From an uncultured virus (IMG/VR IMGVR_UViG_3300008952_000024) (Duplodnaviria; Heunggongvirae; Uroviricota; Caudoviricetes), in IMG/VR virus record IMGVR_UViG_3300008952_000024: a stretch of 64,000 nt of DNA. One strand, written 5' to 3'. The notes beneath the pieces were generated by a model. That model was not told where the DNA came from. It saw nothing but the letters and a program-made list of their open reading frames with translations, and made no database searches. The first letter of the stretch is position 1. The number at the start of each line of letters is the position of its first letter. Shown here piece after piece: positions 1-10,286 of the stretch. Position numbers and translations under genes: made by a program.

Positions 1-2310
1 AGCCAACTTTTTCTCAAATTCTGCTAACTTGAGTTCCGCCTTCATGCGCTTTTCAACTAGTTTTTGATGCTCTTTGCTGACCCGCTCATCCGCATCCGCC
101 TTCTCATTGGCAACTCGTATAGCTTCATCTAATTCCTGCTTTTGTACCCTTCGCATATTGTCTTGATATATACGGGCTTGATTTTCCGCTTTCTTTTGCC
201 TTTCAGCTATCTTTTTATCATTAGCTTCGGCCTTCGCTTCCGCATCATCAAGCTGTACGCCAAATTGTCTATGAAACTTCCTACGAAGATCCGCATGTGT
301 TGCCCACGCACCCATCGACCGGTTAATAAGCTCATTATAGTTTTCTGCCTTTCGCCTCATATAATCAGTTTGAGACGCTAACTTTGCCACCTCGCTGCTT
401 TCGTTTCTTATCTCTTCCTGCAACAACTTATGAAGCTCGATTCCTTTATCTGTGCCCTTATTATACAAATCCCAAATTACCGATTGGGATAATGTTACCT
501 TTTCCCCATTCTGCATTACCTCAACCCATTTGCCACCCTCAATATTCATCGCCATTTGAGCACCCGTCATTTGCTCTAAATGCTTCATATGGCCTTCGGT
601 TGTCTGATCTAAATTTTCTGTTTGGGCCAACTCGTTTCTTAATGCCGCAATATAAACTTTAGATCCTTCCGCACTCTTTTTGTATCCCTCCAATTGACTG
701 GCTTTACGCTTTTCATCTATTGCCAAAAATTTATCTAATGCCGTTGCCGCCTCATTACTCGCACCCGGCAACAGACCCAATGTCGTAACCAAAGCAACGA
801 CTGCACTTGAGATCGCTAAAATAACAGGAAGTATACCACCAGTCGCAAAAGCCGCTGCCGCCTGTGCCGCAATAATACTTGCTCTAATTCCATAAATCGT
901 AGCGACTAATGTTCTTGCAACACCGATTAATCCAATCAACGCCGTAGTGTATGCATGTACTTTTGTTGCCACAAAAACCGCTGCTAACACCGCCGCAATT
1001 ATCCGGCCCCAACGAGCCACTTCAACCATTACACTTATTAGTGTGCCAATGAGATTTATCATATCCTCAATAAACTTGGCAAAATACGCCTGATTGTTCT
1101 GCAACCACTCTGTCATTGACCGGAGCATATCGGCGACACCACCACCCAATTCTTCGCTTCTAGAAAGATATTGCGCGGTAAATGCTAAAGTCGCGGCCAA
1201 CTGCGTAAAAAATTCTTTTAGTGCCTCACCATACGTTTGAAAAATGACAATCATCAATTCTTCAAATGCAGATTTCATAATCGTAAACTGCGCACTAACC
1301 GTATCCAATATACGGTTATACATATCCTCCGTAGTCCCACCAGCACCTATTAATGCCTCTGTGAACTCATTAAATTCATCCTTACCCTGCTTCATGTTCT
1401 CCACGAGAACCTGAACAACCGGTCCAGCACGGACACCAAATATTCGCTCCATAGCACCAGCGGCCTTTGGAATATCCGCGTCCGCTAAATTTTTCAGTAC
1501 ACCAGCAAAATTATTAGTTTTAAGGCTAATACTTTTAGTGGTTAATCCGTACTTCTTTAGTTCTTTTTCCGCCTCGGGAGTAACCTTGCCTGTTTTAGCT
1601 AACATCATTCGGAAATAGACACCGGCCTGATGCGCCTCTAGACCAATATTTCTGAACTCCATCATTCCGGCGACGGCTTCCTCAAGGGACATACCATAAG
1701 CACGGGCCTGTGGTCCACCATACTTCATAGCGGTAAGTAACCCAGTTAGGTTAAATAACGATCGCCGCGTTGCAAGTGCCAAAACATCTGATACTCTGCT
1801 TGCCTCTGACGTATCTAAACCAAACTGTTTAAGTGTGGCCGACATACCTTGCGTGGCAGTCGCCATATCGGTCATTGTCGCACCTGCAAGCAACATCGCG
1901 GGTCTAGATGCACCAATAATCTCATTAGTTGTCATACCGGCACGAGCAAACTCGGTCATTCCCTGCGCTGCTTGACGGGCCGAAAATAACGTGCTTGATC
2001 CAATATCTCTTGCTTCTTTCTCAAGAGCCTTCATCTCCACGCCAGTGGCATTTGCTGTCGCGCCGACAAACTGCATCGCTGACTCAAACTCTGATCCAAC
2101 CTTGGCCGATGCTGCCCCAAACGCTGTCAGTGCCGCCGTGCCAGCCATCATGCCCCGAACAAAGATCCGGTTCATCTCATCGCCAACCCTTCCGATCTTG
2201 GCACTGAAATTTCGTGCATTCTTTTGCGCCTTATCAAAGCCCTTTTGCATCTGCGTAGCATCAGCAGCCAATATGACTTTTAGTTTTCCAAGTACGCCAG
2301 AAGCAGCCAT
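1..2310 (-). CDS. Tape measure protein, TP901 family (3' end runs off the window)
   Basis: Not in the ORF track because it is truncated. ATG at 2310 reads MAASGVLGKLKVILAADATQMQKGFDKAQKNARNF...EFESAMQFVGATANATGVEMKALEKEARDIGSSTLFSARQAAQGMTEFARAG, a typical TP901 TMP core; lies directly after the tail chaperones. Confidence 0.93.
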   Translation of the reverse strand, partial: MAASGVLGKLKVILAADATQMQKGFDKAQKNARNFSAKIGRVGDEMNRIFVRGMMAGTAALTAFGAASAKVGSEFESAMQFVGATANATGVEMKALEKEARDIGSSTLFSARQAAQGMTEFARAGMTTNEIIGASRPAMLLAGATMTDMATATQGMSATLKQFGLDTSEASRVSDVLALATRRSLFNLTGLLTAMKYGGPQARAYGMSLEEAVAGMMEFRNIGLEAHQAGVYFRMMLAKTGKVTPEAEKELKKYGLTTKSISLKTNNFAGVLKNLADADIPKAAGAMERIFGVRAGPVVQVLVENMKQGKDEFNEFTEALIGAGGTTEDMYNRILDTVSAQFTIMKSAFEELMIVIFQTYGEALKEFFTQLAATLAFTAQYLSRSEELGGGVADMLRSMTEWLQNNQAYFAKFIEDMINLIGTLISVMVEVARWGRIIAAVLAAVFVATKVHAYTTALIGLIGVARTLVATIYGIRASIIAAQAAAAFATGGILPVILAISSAVVALVTTLGLLPGASNEAATALDKFLAIDEKRKASQLEGYKKSAEGSKVYIAALRNELAQTENLDQTTEGHMKHLEQMTGAQMAMNIEGGKWVEVMQNGEKVTLSQSVIWDLYNKGTDKGIELHKLLQEEIRNESSEVAKLASQTDYMRRKAENYNELINRSMGAWATHADLRRKFHRQFGVQLDDAEAKAEANDKKIAERQKKAENQARIYQDNMRRVQKQELDEAIRVANEKADADERVSKEHQKLVEKRMKAELKLAEFEKKLA

Positions 2311-2339
2311 TTGATTATCTCCGAGGGTATTCTACACTA

Positions 2340-2720
2340 TTATGTATCAATAACGGGAATACCAACAGCACGAAACTTATGCATGAGCATCTGTTCCTTT
2401 TGTGCGGGTGTCATCTTTGTATTGCGATTATTATTGCCCTGTTTGTTCTTTGTTATTTTGCTCTTTTTGAATTTACCACCAAGGATAGTAATAACCGGCT
2501 CCAGCACCATATTAAGTGCTTCGGTTTTATGTAGTAAAATAGCTTCCGCAGATAAATGTATCTGCGCCCAAGTCATATCCAAAATATCGTCTAGGGTATG
2601 TCCTGCTGATAGTAGAACACCCAAGATATTTTTAATATCGGCTATGCCATCCCTGCTGTCGCCTGATTCAGAGTCGCTATCGCGCTCGTGCCTTTCCGAA
2701 CTAGGCGTATAAATAAAGGG
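2340..2720 (-). CDS. Tail assembly chaperone, frameshifted (GT-like) C-terminal part
   Basis: The reading frame of ORF 2340..2624 stays open upstream to the slippery heptamer at 2714-2720; lies between chaperone G and the TMP. Confidence 0.75.
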   Translation of the reverse strand, partial: PFIYTPSSERHERDSDSESGDSRDGIADIKNILGVLLSAGHTLDDILDMTWAQIHLSAEAILLHKTEALNMVLEPVITILGGKFKKSKITKNKQGNNNRNTKMTPAQKEQMLMHKFRAVGIPVIDT

Positions 2721-3187
2721 ACAACGGCCCCTGCCAGCTCCTCAACAGAAAAGAGATCCGCCGCATCTTGATATTCAATATCCTGCTCTTTTGCTGCGGC
2801 ACATGTAGATCGGTATGGCTTTGGGTGAGCCAAAGCGAAAGCATTAGCAATACCTTCCATCACTTCGGGATCTGCTGCAACGCCCACAATAATTCCGACC
2901 AATTCAGAAATCTCATTGAAATCTAATCCATCTTTCAGTGCACTTTGGACAGCTTCATTATTTTTTAATTTATTAAGTTGTTGGAGTATTTTCACTTGCG
3001 CTCGAGCGGAGCAAGCAGATGGAATACTGTATTCATTACCAAATATATCGGTAATCTTAATATTTGTTGGCGGAACAAGAACATCCAGTAATTGCTGGAG
3101 ATCCATATTCGGGGTTTGCTGTACAATATCTTCGGGTTCGGCTATCACCGTAGATTCATTTGTCACCTGTACCTCCTTCGGCATCAA
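2642..3187 (-). CDS. Tail assembly chaperone (lambda G-like)
   Basis: 181-aa helical protein between tail tube and TMP, with a slippery site near its 3' end. Confidence 0.75.
   Translation of the reverse strand: MMPKEVQVTNESTVIAEPEDIVQQTPNMDLQQLLDVLVPPTNIKITDIFGNEYSIPSACSARAQVKILQQLNKLKNNEAVQSALKDGLDFNEISELVGIIVGVAADPEVMEGIANAFALAHPKPYRSTCAAAKEQDIEYQDAADLFSVEELAGAVVPLFIRLVRKGTSAIATLNQATAGMA
2714..2720 (-). other. -1 programmed ribosomal frameshift heptamer C CCT TTA
   Basis: In-frame GTC CCT TTA matches X XXY YYZ; the -1 frame (CCC TTT ATT TAT ACG CCT AGT TCG GAA AGG...) has no stop until 2340. Confidence 0.8.
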
Positions 3188-3255
3188 TAGGCTATGCTAG
3201 AATAGCATGATACCGAAGAAGGAACCAGATGGTCCTGATACTTATAGGGTAACTA

Positions 3256-3807
3256 TCAGGTCACTCGCTCAATTTTGACAAGCTGCTCATTAGATGCCAG
3301 CGGATCACCAGCCCAGTCCGTAGTGGACCGCTGTGCCTTCCATTTGTATTCAAATGTATGCTCATCAGCACCCATAGCAATAGCATATCCGGCTTCTGAT
3401 GCAGCCTTCCATACATAACAATTCAGGGTATTGCCAGAAACAGCCATCTGATGCTGAACATGGATCGCAACTGTGGTTACAATGGGGTCACCACCATAAG
3501 AGAATGTCTCCGCGCCCGCAGGGGCAGCGGTCACACCAGCACCAATCGCTCTGGTAAAGTTATCAAAATCCCATTCAATAGAGGACAAGCTAACCATCAC
3601 ACCTTGTTGTTGGCTAAACGTATACTCAATTAGTTTTGGGTTTCCCTGCATAATATCTTTTGTTTCATTTGAAATTTCAAAAGATACGCCATCTTCACTG
3701 ATAAATCCCACATCGACAGTTGGCGTTGTACCTGCAATCCCAAGAAATAAAATTGCCGGTCCAAAGCTAATATCGGTAGTACTACCAGTAGGTATATTCA
3801 AAGGCAT
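3256..3807 (-). CDS. Major tail (tube) protein
   Basis: 183-aa beta-rich acidic protein (ISFGPAILFLG...DVGFISEDGVSFEIS) in the canonical position before the chaperones. Confidence 0.8.
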   Translation of the reverse strand: MPLNIPTGSTTDISFGPAILFLGIAGTTPTVDVGFISEDGVSFEISNETKDIMQGNPKLIEYTFSQQQGVMVSLSSIEWDFDNFTRAIGAGVTAAPAGAETFSYGGDPIVTTVAIHVQHQMAVSGNTLNCYVWKAASEAGYAIAMGADEHTFEYKWKAQRSTTDWAGDPLASNEQLVKIERVT

Positions 3808-3918
3808 TACGCCCTCCTTTCTCTACAAAAGTGTATGTTCTACTGTAGCACCTTTAGTGGCGTCTTGACAAACGATAGCACGAGCAGCCTTTCAATGCTA
3901 CCCCGCACATTAATTTGA

Positions 3919-4281
3919 TTAGGCTCCTTCCCGAACATTTATTTCTTGAGAGTTTGCCTCTTCCCATGTCGCCTTATTCATTTCGGAACATGATCTACAG
4001 AGTACCTTCACAAATCCCCCAGTTCCAATATGTATATAGGTAACAAAATCTTTATAACGGACACGCAATATATCTTCGACTGGATCATAAAACCCAAGAC
4101 GAGCACCACACTTGCGACACACCCAAATATGGTCTGGGTTCGCACTACCAGATGATTCGTCCTGATCTGTCTGCTCTTTATTTTGCATCGCCGCTGCCAC
4201 CGCTGATAGCGTGTTAATCTCTTGGTCCATACCTCTAATGTGGCGTTCCAACTTAACTAATCTATCATCTACTGTTGCCAT
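3919..4281 (-). CDS. Zinc-ribbon protein with N-terminal coiled coil (Com-like)
   Basis: Probable start MATVDDR at 4281; CRKC...CRSC motifs. Confidence 0.55.
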   Translation of the reverse strand: MATVDDRLVKLERHIRGMDQEINTLSAVAAAMQNKEQTDQDESSGSANPDHIWVCRKCGARLGFYDPVEDILRVRYKDFVTYIHIGTGGFVKVLCRSCSEMNKATWEEANSQEINVREGA

Positions 4282-4478
4282 TATGCTGCTCCATCCACCA
4301 AACACAAAACCACGAGCTTTGAGCATCTTGGACATTTAATAGATGCTCTTACCGACTTACTGTTAGTGCGTCCGCCCATTAATAATTCTTTACCCGCAGG
4401 GATGGTGTATATCTCTTCACCGCAACAGAAGAGGTGAGCTGGCTTGTCTTTATTAGTTTGTATGCCACGAGTTCTCAT
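4281..4478 (-). CDS. Small zinc-ribbon protein (Com-like)
   Basis: 65 aa with FCCG...IKCPRC; tightly coupled to its neighbours. Confidence 0.5.
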   Translation of the reverse strand: MRTRGIQTNKDKPAHLFCCGEEIYTIPAGKELLMGGRTNSKSVRASIKCPRCSKLVVLCLVDGAA

Positions 4479-4479
4479 T

Positions 4480-4893
4480 TTATCCTGCTGCGGCTACATG
4501 CCAAGATCCACGGACCCACCATGACATTAATCGGTCATTATAGCCACTAACTGGCCTACTACGTTCTGTTATCAGACCCTTGGTACTAACACCATCTAAC
4601 GATAAACGGCACGCCTGTAGTGCATCATAAGCAGCATTATAAACCTGCATCGCTTCGGCTTGGCTTATCTTTGAATAAGCATACAAATCGTAATCCTGAA
4701 ATTGCACTGTTCGGTTATACATACCAAACCCTGATTCAAGTTCTAAAATCAGGCATGGCATCGGGACTGTCCCAGCATCAGCATCATAGATGTGGGCCGT
4801 ATGTATATTATCACCCACAAAACCAGACACAACCGAATCAGAAATAAGCAGTGACCGCAGGACTTGTACAATATTTGTAAGTGAATTTGCCAA
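4480..4893 (-). CDS. Tail terminator / tail completion protein (DUF3168-like)
   Basis: LRSLLISDSVVSGFVGDNIH...PCLIL...QDYDLYAYS pattern; size and position fit. Confidence 0.7.
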   Translation of the reverse strand: MANSLTNIVQVLRSLLISDSVVSGFVGDNIHTAHIYDADAGTVPMPCLILELESGFGMYNRTVQFQDYDLYAYSKISQAEAMQVYNAAYDALQACRLSLDGVSTKGLITERSRPVSGYNDRLMSWWVRGSWHVAAAG

Positions 4894-4904
4894 CTTAAAC
4901 CACC

Positions 4905-5429
4905 TTAATCAAATCGAACGACTGCTTTCATTCTCATATCTTTACCAAGTACACCAACAACCGCCTTCATCATTTTCTTTTTCACACCACGTTCATTCAT
5001 TGTGAGCCAAAGAAAATCACGTCCAAGCATCACGGTTTTGGTGCCCTGAATAACATATTTCGCATACGGGTGACTGGGTAATACATAAACGTGGTATTCA
5101 CGTTTAGTCTTTATCAATCGTTGTTTAATTCCTTTATGAAGATTTTTGCTATGCTTACGGGTTCCCTGCTTATGTACAACATATGGCTTACGAGTATGGA
5201 TTTGTATACTTCCATGTCGTTTTGCATATGGGTGGTCTAACGCCTCTAGCCTTTTTAGACTGTGATCTGTATACGAAGCATTTTTCACAATCTCTGTATG
5301 CAAAATTTGACCAGCCGCATCTAAAGACTTCAATGCAGCCTTTTGTATTTTTGACTTCATGCCACCAATTCGCATGACGGTCATACGGAGAGAACCCGCA
5401 TCAACCTGCATTACCGCTGCTTTTGCCAT
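4905..5429 (-). CDS. Neck / tail-completion protein (HK97 gp10-like)
   Basis: Basic 174-aa protein with PYAKYVIQGTK motif, upstream of the terminator gene. Confidence 0.6.
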   Translation of the reverse strand: MAKAAVMQVDAGSLRMTVMRIGGMKSKIQKAALKSLDAAGQILHTEIVKNASYTDHSLKRLEALDHPYAKRHGSIQIHTRKPYVVHKQGTRKHSKNLHKGIKQRLIKTKREYHVYVLPSHPYAKYVIQGTKTVMLGRDFLWLTMNERGVKKKMMKAVVGVLGKDMRMKAVVRFD

Positions 5430-5436
5430 AGTTACC

Positions 5437-8319
5437 TCAAGTATGAATTTGTGAAGGACTACCTTTAGCTAAAGATACCATAGAACTACTTGTTCCATTA
5501 TCACTATCGGTATTAGTTTCCTCGTTTTCAATTAATTGGTCAAATGGAAAATCTGGTAACGGTTGATCACCAATAATATTCTTACCTGTTCCAACGTATG
5601 GCTGACCGGGAGCAACCATTTGAAGAAAATCAAGAGTCTTCTCTGCAACCTTATGCACCTCATGTCCATCAGTTGTATATTTTATAACTTCCAGCATAAG
5701 AGCTTTCGCTATACGCAAATGATACAAACCAAGTTCTCTAAATGGCAGATAACTTGTTCCCGCGCACATTACGCCACGTTCAAAACATGCTTTTGCCAAC
5801 TCTGGGTTGCCATCATTATTATATTGCAAGCCAAGAGTTACCCACGCACCGGGATTAAATGGGTTGTCCTCCAAATCCAATACGCACATTTCGTGATAAC
5901 TTTTTAGCTTTGTATAAAGCTCGTCTCTGTCTTTATATAAGCCCATATTCAACGTATTAAATGGCGCATAACGAAAGTTTGGGTGCTCTCCTCGACCCTG
6001 TATTAGTTTAACCGCATCATTAAAACTCTCGTGAACACGGCCATTCATTCGCATAATGCCATCACGGTCCAGCTTGCTCATGCGTACTGATTCAGACTTT
6101 GATGATCCACCACCCTTCATTGGGTTTAAGAACGTAAACAACCAGCCCCATGTGTCCGTACACAACGCTAACTCCCGTATTGACGCAAGTGCTTTGCTGG
6201 TAAACTCAAACATTTCGTCTGGATCAAAAAATATCGCCCAACCTAGACCCTCATTTCGATACTGATGCAAATACTGAATCCCCGCGCTTCTAGCCGCAGA
6301 GATATTCTTATCTAGTGGCTTATGTACCCACTCGACCTCATGCATCGCCGCGAATGTCGCAAGTTCCCGCGATGGCCCCGTGTCTGGCCACACTTCTGCA
6401 TCCAAGTTGATCTGATGCTCATCGTCCCATTTGCCTGTCCAAACTAGGACAATACGATCCATTAACCCATGAAGATCGTCTAACCACCGAGCAACATCAT
6501 CTGGAGATTCACCTTCATACACAAGCATATGCATCCCAATACCATTTTGAGGCATAAAAGGACGCATCAACATCTTCTCTTCATTAATCAAATGCCCATA
6601 GCCAGATCCCCCAATCAAACTAGAGTCTGGGTTAGGGTCTTTATTTTGATAATCGTGAAATTTTCTCACACGATCAACTGCACGGACATAACCAAAATGC
6701 CTAAACCGTAGTGCCGAGTGCCTACGACTCATATTTGAAGAATCTGGGCAATTACCACAGTGCAAACCATTTGCTGTGCCACCAGTAATACGAGCCTTAT
6801 AGCCCCTCTTAACGCGCCAGAACCTACAACCCCTCATTCCACCCGTATAGGTCGCGCCATCGCCCCACGGCAGGTCTATACGCGCTGTACGGGCAGTGTC
6901 CCAGTGATTGATCCAACCCAATTCCCAACTGTCTACCATTGGGTTAGGATGGTTCATCATCTTATCTAAATGCCGTCGCCGGATACGGTCCTCTAGCATC
7001 TCGTCATGGTCTACGGAAATAATCCACGTTGCACCCATATCTTCGGCCATTTCAATTACAAGATTCCTCTCGTCTCTCTCATTGAACTCTTGGGTCCAAA
7101 CATCTACAACCACCTCTGGTTTGCGCGAATCTCGTGTATGATCGAAAATCCATGACTGAACCGCCTTGGCTACTCCATTAGCATCGACACCACTGCAATC
7201 TTTAAGTAGTTGTTGATCTCTAGGGATAAGCAAGCCCTTACAATCTTCCCAATCATTACCATCCATTATCTCAAGAGGATTGTTGGTCATTAATACCGCA
7301 AAACCATCTACTAATTCCGCATGTCGGATCAACGAAGTTTTCCATACATGCAAATCGTTAATGGATGTCATCTTTACGCGATAGTTGGCCACCAACTTAT
7401 CTTCACTGCGTACATGATCACTCCACTTATTATAGAAGTTCAATCTATTCTTCATACCACGCATATGGTCTTGAAAGTATTTATCAAAACTCTGATGACC
7501 CAAATGCCCAACAAATACATCCCATGCAATAGCAAGTCTCCAACCAGCTATGTCGGCTCGCACACAAAGATCATTGTCTTCATAGCCACCTACCGGGAAG
7601 TTCTCTTCATCAAATAAACCAATCCAATTTGTACCATCATCCAGCATTAAGTCTTTAACAAAATCATGCTTCATACACAGCACAAATCCAGATAGAAACT
7701 GCGTTGTTATCCGTTGTCCAGTATTATCTTTATTATGCTTATGATTATGAGCATATAAATCATAACCAATTTTATTCACTTCACTTGTTGGACCCACTCG
7801 CTGCACACCCGCAACATTATCACTTACCGGGCCGACCATTCCGATCTTCCCATATACCTCCACAGGACGATCCTTCCTGCGGTTAGTTACCGGATTCGGT
7901 GGCTCTGTGGCAAAATTCACATGCGTCGTTTCTAATGCTGAAACTAAACCCTCTACCCATCCATCTGTAGCACGAGCATCATCGTTAAAAACGATTATGT
8001 ACTTTTGAAGTCCATCTTTTTTGATAGAATTAAGCAAACCTGCATTTACAGCAGCACCAAACCCTATTGGACTGTCTTCCCAACAATAATCAAGTGAACA
8101 AGTTGCGGGAAACTTTGCACCAAGCAACGCCGAAAGAACCCTCTTCGACTTTTCAGCATCAACTGGGTTAAAGGACAACATTAACTTTGTCCTAGATGGC
8201 ATGTTTTTAACTAGACTATGGAATGTTGGTATTAGAACATCTGGATCACCAACTGTTGGAACAACAATCAAATAATCATGATTAGCGTCATCTACGATCT
8301 CTTCACTTTTGAGCAGCAT
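5437..8319 (-). CDS. Multi-domain family-2 glycosyltransferase with C-terminal TPR-like helices
   Basis: Three GT-A-like segments with DxD-type motifs (GFGAAVNAG...VFNDDA...GGYEDNDLC; ERDERN...ISVDHDE; ISAARSAG...FFDPDE...GRVHE), then PFNPGAWVTLGLQYNNDGNPELAKACFERG (TPR-like). Confidence 0.88.
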   Translation of the reverse strand: MLLKSEEIVDDANHDYLIVVPTVGDPDVLIPTFHSLVKNMPSRTKLMLSFNPVDAEKSKRVLSALLGAKFPATCSLDYCWEDSPIGFGAAVNAGLLNSIKKDGLQKYIIVFNDDARATDGWVEGLVSALETTHVNFATEPPNPVTNRRKDRPVEVYGKIGMVGPVSDNVAGVQRVGPTSEVNKIGYDLYAHNHKHNKDNTGQRITTQFLSGFVLCMKHDFVKDLMLDDGTNWIGLFDEENFPVGGYEDNDLCVRADIAGWRLAIAWDVFVGHLGHQSFDKYFQDHMRGMKNRLNFYNKWSDHVRSEDKLVANYRVKMTSINDLHVWKTSLIRHAELVDGFAVLMTNNPLEIMDGNDWEDCKGLLIPRDQQLLKDCSGVDANGVAKAVQSWIFDHTRDSRKPEVVVDVWTQEFNERDERNLVIEMAEDMGATWIISVDHDEMLEDRIRRRHLDKMMNHPNPMVDSWELGWINHWDTARTARIDLPWGDGATYTGGMRGCRFWRVKRGYKARITGGTANGLHCGNCPDSSNMSRRHSALRFRHFGYVRAVDRVRKFHDYQNKDPNPDSSLIGGSGYGHLINEEKMLMRPFMPQNGIGMHMLVYEGESPDDVARWLDDLHGLMDRIVLVWTGKWDDEHQINLDAEVWPDTGPSRELATFAAMHEVEWVHKPLDKNISAARSAGIQYLHQYRNEGLGWAIFFDPDEMFEFTSKALASIRELALCTDTWGWLFTFLNPMKGGGSSKSESVRMSKLDRDGIMRMNGRVHESFNDAVKLIQGRGEHPNFRYAPFNTLNMGLYKDRDELYTKLKSYHEMCVLDLEDNPFNPGAWVTLGLQYNNDGNPELAKACFERGVMCAGTSYLPFRELGLYHLRIAKALMLEVIKYTTDGHEVHKVAEKTLDFLQMVAPGQPYVGTGKNIIGDQPLPDFPFDQLIENEETNTDSDNGTSSSMVSLAKGSPSQIHT

Positions 8320-8352
8320 GTCACCTCCAAGGCGTAAAGCTACATTAATTTA

Positions 8353-9012
8353 TTAAACTGAACCCTGACGCCTTTGCGCCCACGCTTCATAATGGCTTAC
8401 GCGGTTGTAGCCTTCTAACATTGGTGTACCAGTTACTACAAACTGTTCACTACTATAATCGTCAACCAGAACATCACCTTCTCGGGGTGCCCATGTGTCC
8501 GACCATTGGATCATAACAAACACAGGCTCCTCTTCCGCAGAACCCGACCTCTCACCCTTCCAAACCGCCCTAGATGGCCTACTCCTATCCATATACATAG
8601 GCCACCCTGCAACTACATTGTATGGCTTATTTTGAAGGCTTCCGTCTGGACCCAAGCTCTTGATCTCTATTGTTGGTTTGGTAGCCTCATCAGCTAAACC
8701 CGTTGTCGTAATCCCATCAGAATTAATTGAAACATATAAATTAACTGACTGCTTATAACCACCAGTAGCAAATGTAATGGTTTCACTAATGGCTAAACCA
8801 TCCTTATCTAAACCATCTAGTGTTACCGTACCTGTATTATCCGAACCACCATACACTCGAATCTGCAACATTGATTCCCGTACAGGTTGTCTAGTCAAAC
8901 TCATCGTAGCTGCTGCTGCTGACGCATCTAGAACAAACGCCGTCATTCGCTTTACTGTAAATGTTCGATGTGCACTACTTATTATCATTTTCTGTCTTTG
9001 CTTTAGTCTCAA
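8353..9012 (-). CDS. Putative head-closure (stopper) protein with N-terminal extension
   Basis: C-terminus PREGDVLVD...FVVTG...SHYEAWAQR resembles gp16-type stoppers; start may be the internal MIISSAHR. Confidence 0.5.
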   Translation of the reverse strand: MRLKQRQKMIISSAHRTFTVKRMTAFVLDASAAAATMSLTRQPVRESMLQIRVYGGSDNTGTVTLDGLDKDGLAISETITFATGGYKQSVNLYVSINSDGITTTGLADEATKPTIEIKSLGPDGSLQNKPYNVVAGWPMYMDRSRPSRAVWKGERSGSAEEEPVFVMIQWSDTWAPREGDVLVDDYSSEQFVVTGTPMLEGYNRVSHYEAWAQRRQGSV

Positions 9013-9538
9013 CGACTACAACAGTTTCATTATCTTTTTTTACTACCTCTATTTCTTTTACGGGCGGCTTTGCTTTTGTTTTGGATTTTGCTGCCTTCTT
9101 TGGTTTCGTGCCATTTTCATAACTGATTTGGGCTTTCCCATCTAAACACGCCACCATCACAAGCCTACCAGATGAAACAATTTCAACCAGTGCTCCAATT
9201 TTTTTAGCTGCTTTAGTCGCAGAACCATCACCACTGCCCGTAATGACTACTACTGATGTACTGCCAGCAATGCCCGACAAAATAAGTTCAGATAATTCTT
9301 TACTATCTGGCCCCCAGAAAACATGCACACCAATCAATCGTCTTGAACCAACGCTCTTTTTGGCGACCACCAATGGTGAGTGTCGCCAATTCTTTGGTGC
9401 AACTTCACCAACTCTATGAGGCTCAAACGTACTTGGCCAATCACCAAAGATTACAAAATCAACCTTACGCACTAATTCCGCATCTGGATGCATGGGTCCG
9501 TCTGTTATACCAATAATTGTTGGCCTATCCATGAGCAC
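8975..9538 (-). CDS. Hypothetical protein with alpha/beta core and Lys-rich tail
   Basis: 187-aa ORF coupled to its neighbours in the glycosylation module. Confidence 0.55.
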   Translation of the reverse strand: MLMDRPTIIGITDGPMHPDAELVRKVDFVIFGDWPSTFEPHRVGEVAPKNWRHSPLVVAKKSVGSRRLIGVHVFWGPDSKELSELILSGIAGSTSVVVITGSGDGSATKAAKKIGALVEIVSSGRLVMVACLDGKAQISYENGTKPKKAAKSKTKAKPPVKEIEVVKKDNETVVVVETKAKTENDNK

Positions 9539-10286
9539 TCCTTTTGCTTCGAACTCTATCTGGCTGCATTATAGCAACACTATTTTCAGAATTGTTAGTC
9601 TCTACTCGTTTTGTTGGGGCTGGCTTTGCACTTTTATGCTTATAAATAACTTCCGGCTCACTAACTAGTCTTGGTGTAGAATGTTGTTTTTTAGAACCAA
9701 CAAAAAAACTACGACCCAACTCTGTTGCAATTTGTTGGTATGTCCGTGCTTTTAATGCATATAGGTCTACAAATGAATCTGGGCCAAGAGGCAAATCTAA
9801 AGTTCTAACTTCTCTTTTGTTTGCAACTTCAATTGCCAGCTTGTGTGCCCTCCTGCACCATTTTCTTAAATTCTTATCTGCATACTCTTGAGGCGGCACC
9901 ACCGGAAGAATAAGGATCGGATCTACATCTGCCGCATACACCATGCAGATCAAATGGTCCAGCATCCCCGCCCACGCATCTAATGGGATACCGCCACTCT
10001 TCGACTCACCTACGCCAACCCAAATAATTGCAGTATACCGGTCTGCCTCATAAGAAAACATGTCTGCAAAGGCATCTGCTGTGCTATTTACAACAGATTT
10101 AATTCCACCAAGAGAACCATGACTTAATACCGACCAGCATGTAGAAGGATCAAGCTCTGATAGCTCTATGAATAATCGGTTATTAAGACCACACAAATCT
10201 CGTGGCCCTTGCGCGTAATGATCACCAATGATTGATATAACGTTCTTTTTCATTGCATTAGCCACTGTTTGTTTTCTAACGTCCAC
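9525..10286 (-). CDS. SGNH/GDSL-like fold protein, catalytic motifs degenerate
   Basis: SIIGDHYAQG resembles block I (GDS becomes GDH); AIIWVGVGES resembles block III; PILILPVVP. Probable start MKKNVISIIGD. Confidence 0.45.
   Translation of the reverse strand: MDVRKQTVANAMKKNVISIIGDHYAQGPRDLCGLNNRLFIELSELDPSTCWSVLSHGSLGGIKSVVNSTADAFADMFSYEADRYTAIIWVGVGESKSGGIPLDAWAGMLDHLICMVYAADVDPILILPVVPPQEYADKNLRKWCRRAHKLAIEVANKREVRTLDLPLGPDSFVDLYALKARTYQQIATELGRSFFVGSKKQHSTPRLVSEPEVIYKHKSAKPAPTKRVETNNSENSVAIMQPDRVRSKRSAHG

Noticed and set aside
2692..2698. Lambda-like CGGAAAG as the frameshift site
   Set aside because: Wrong register for -1 slippage; CCCTTTA upstream fits X XXY YYZ in frame.
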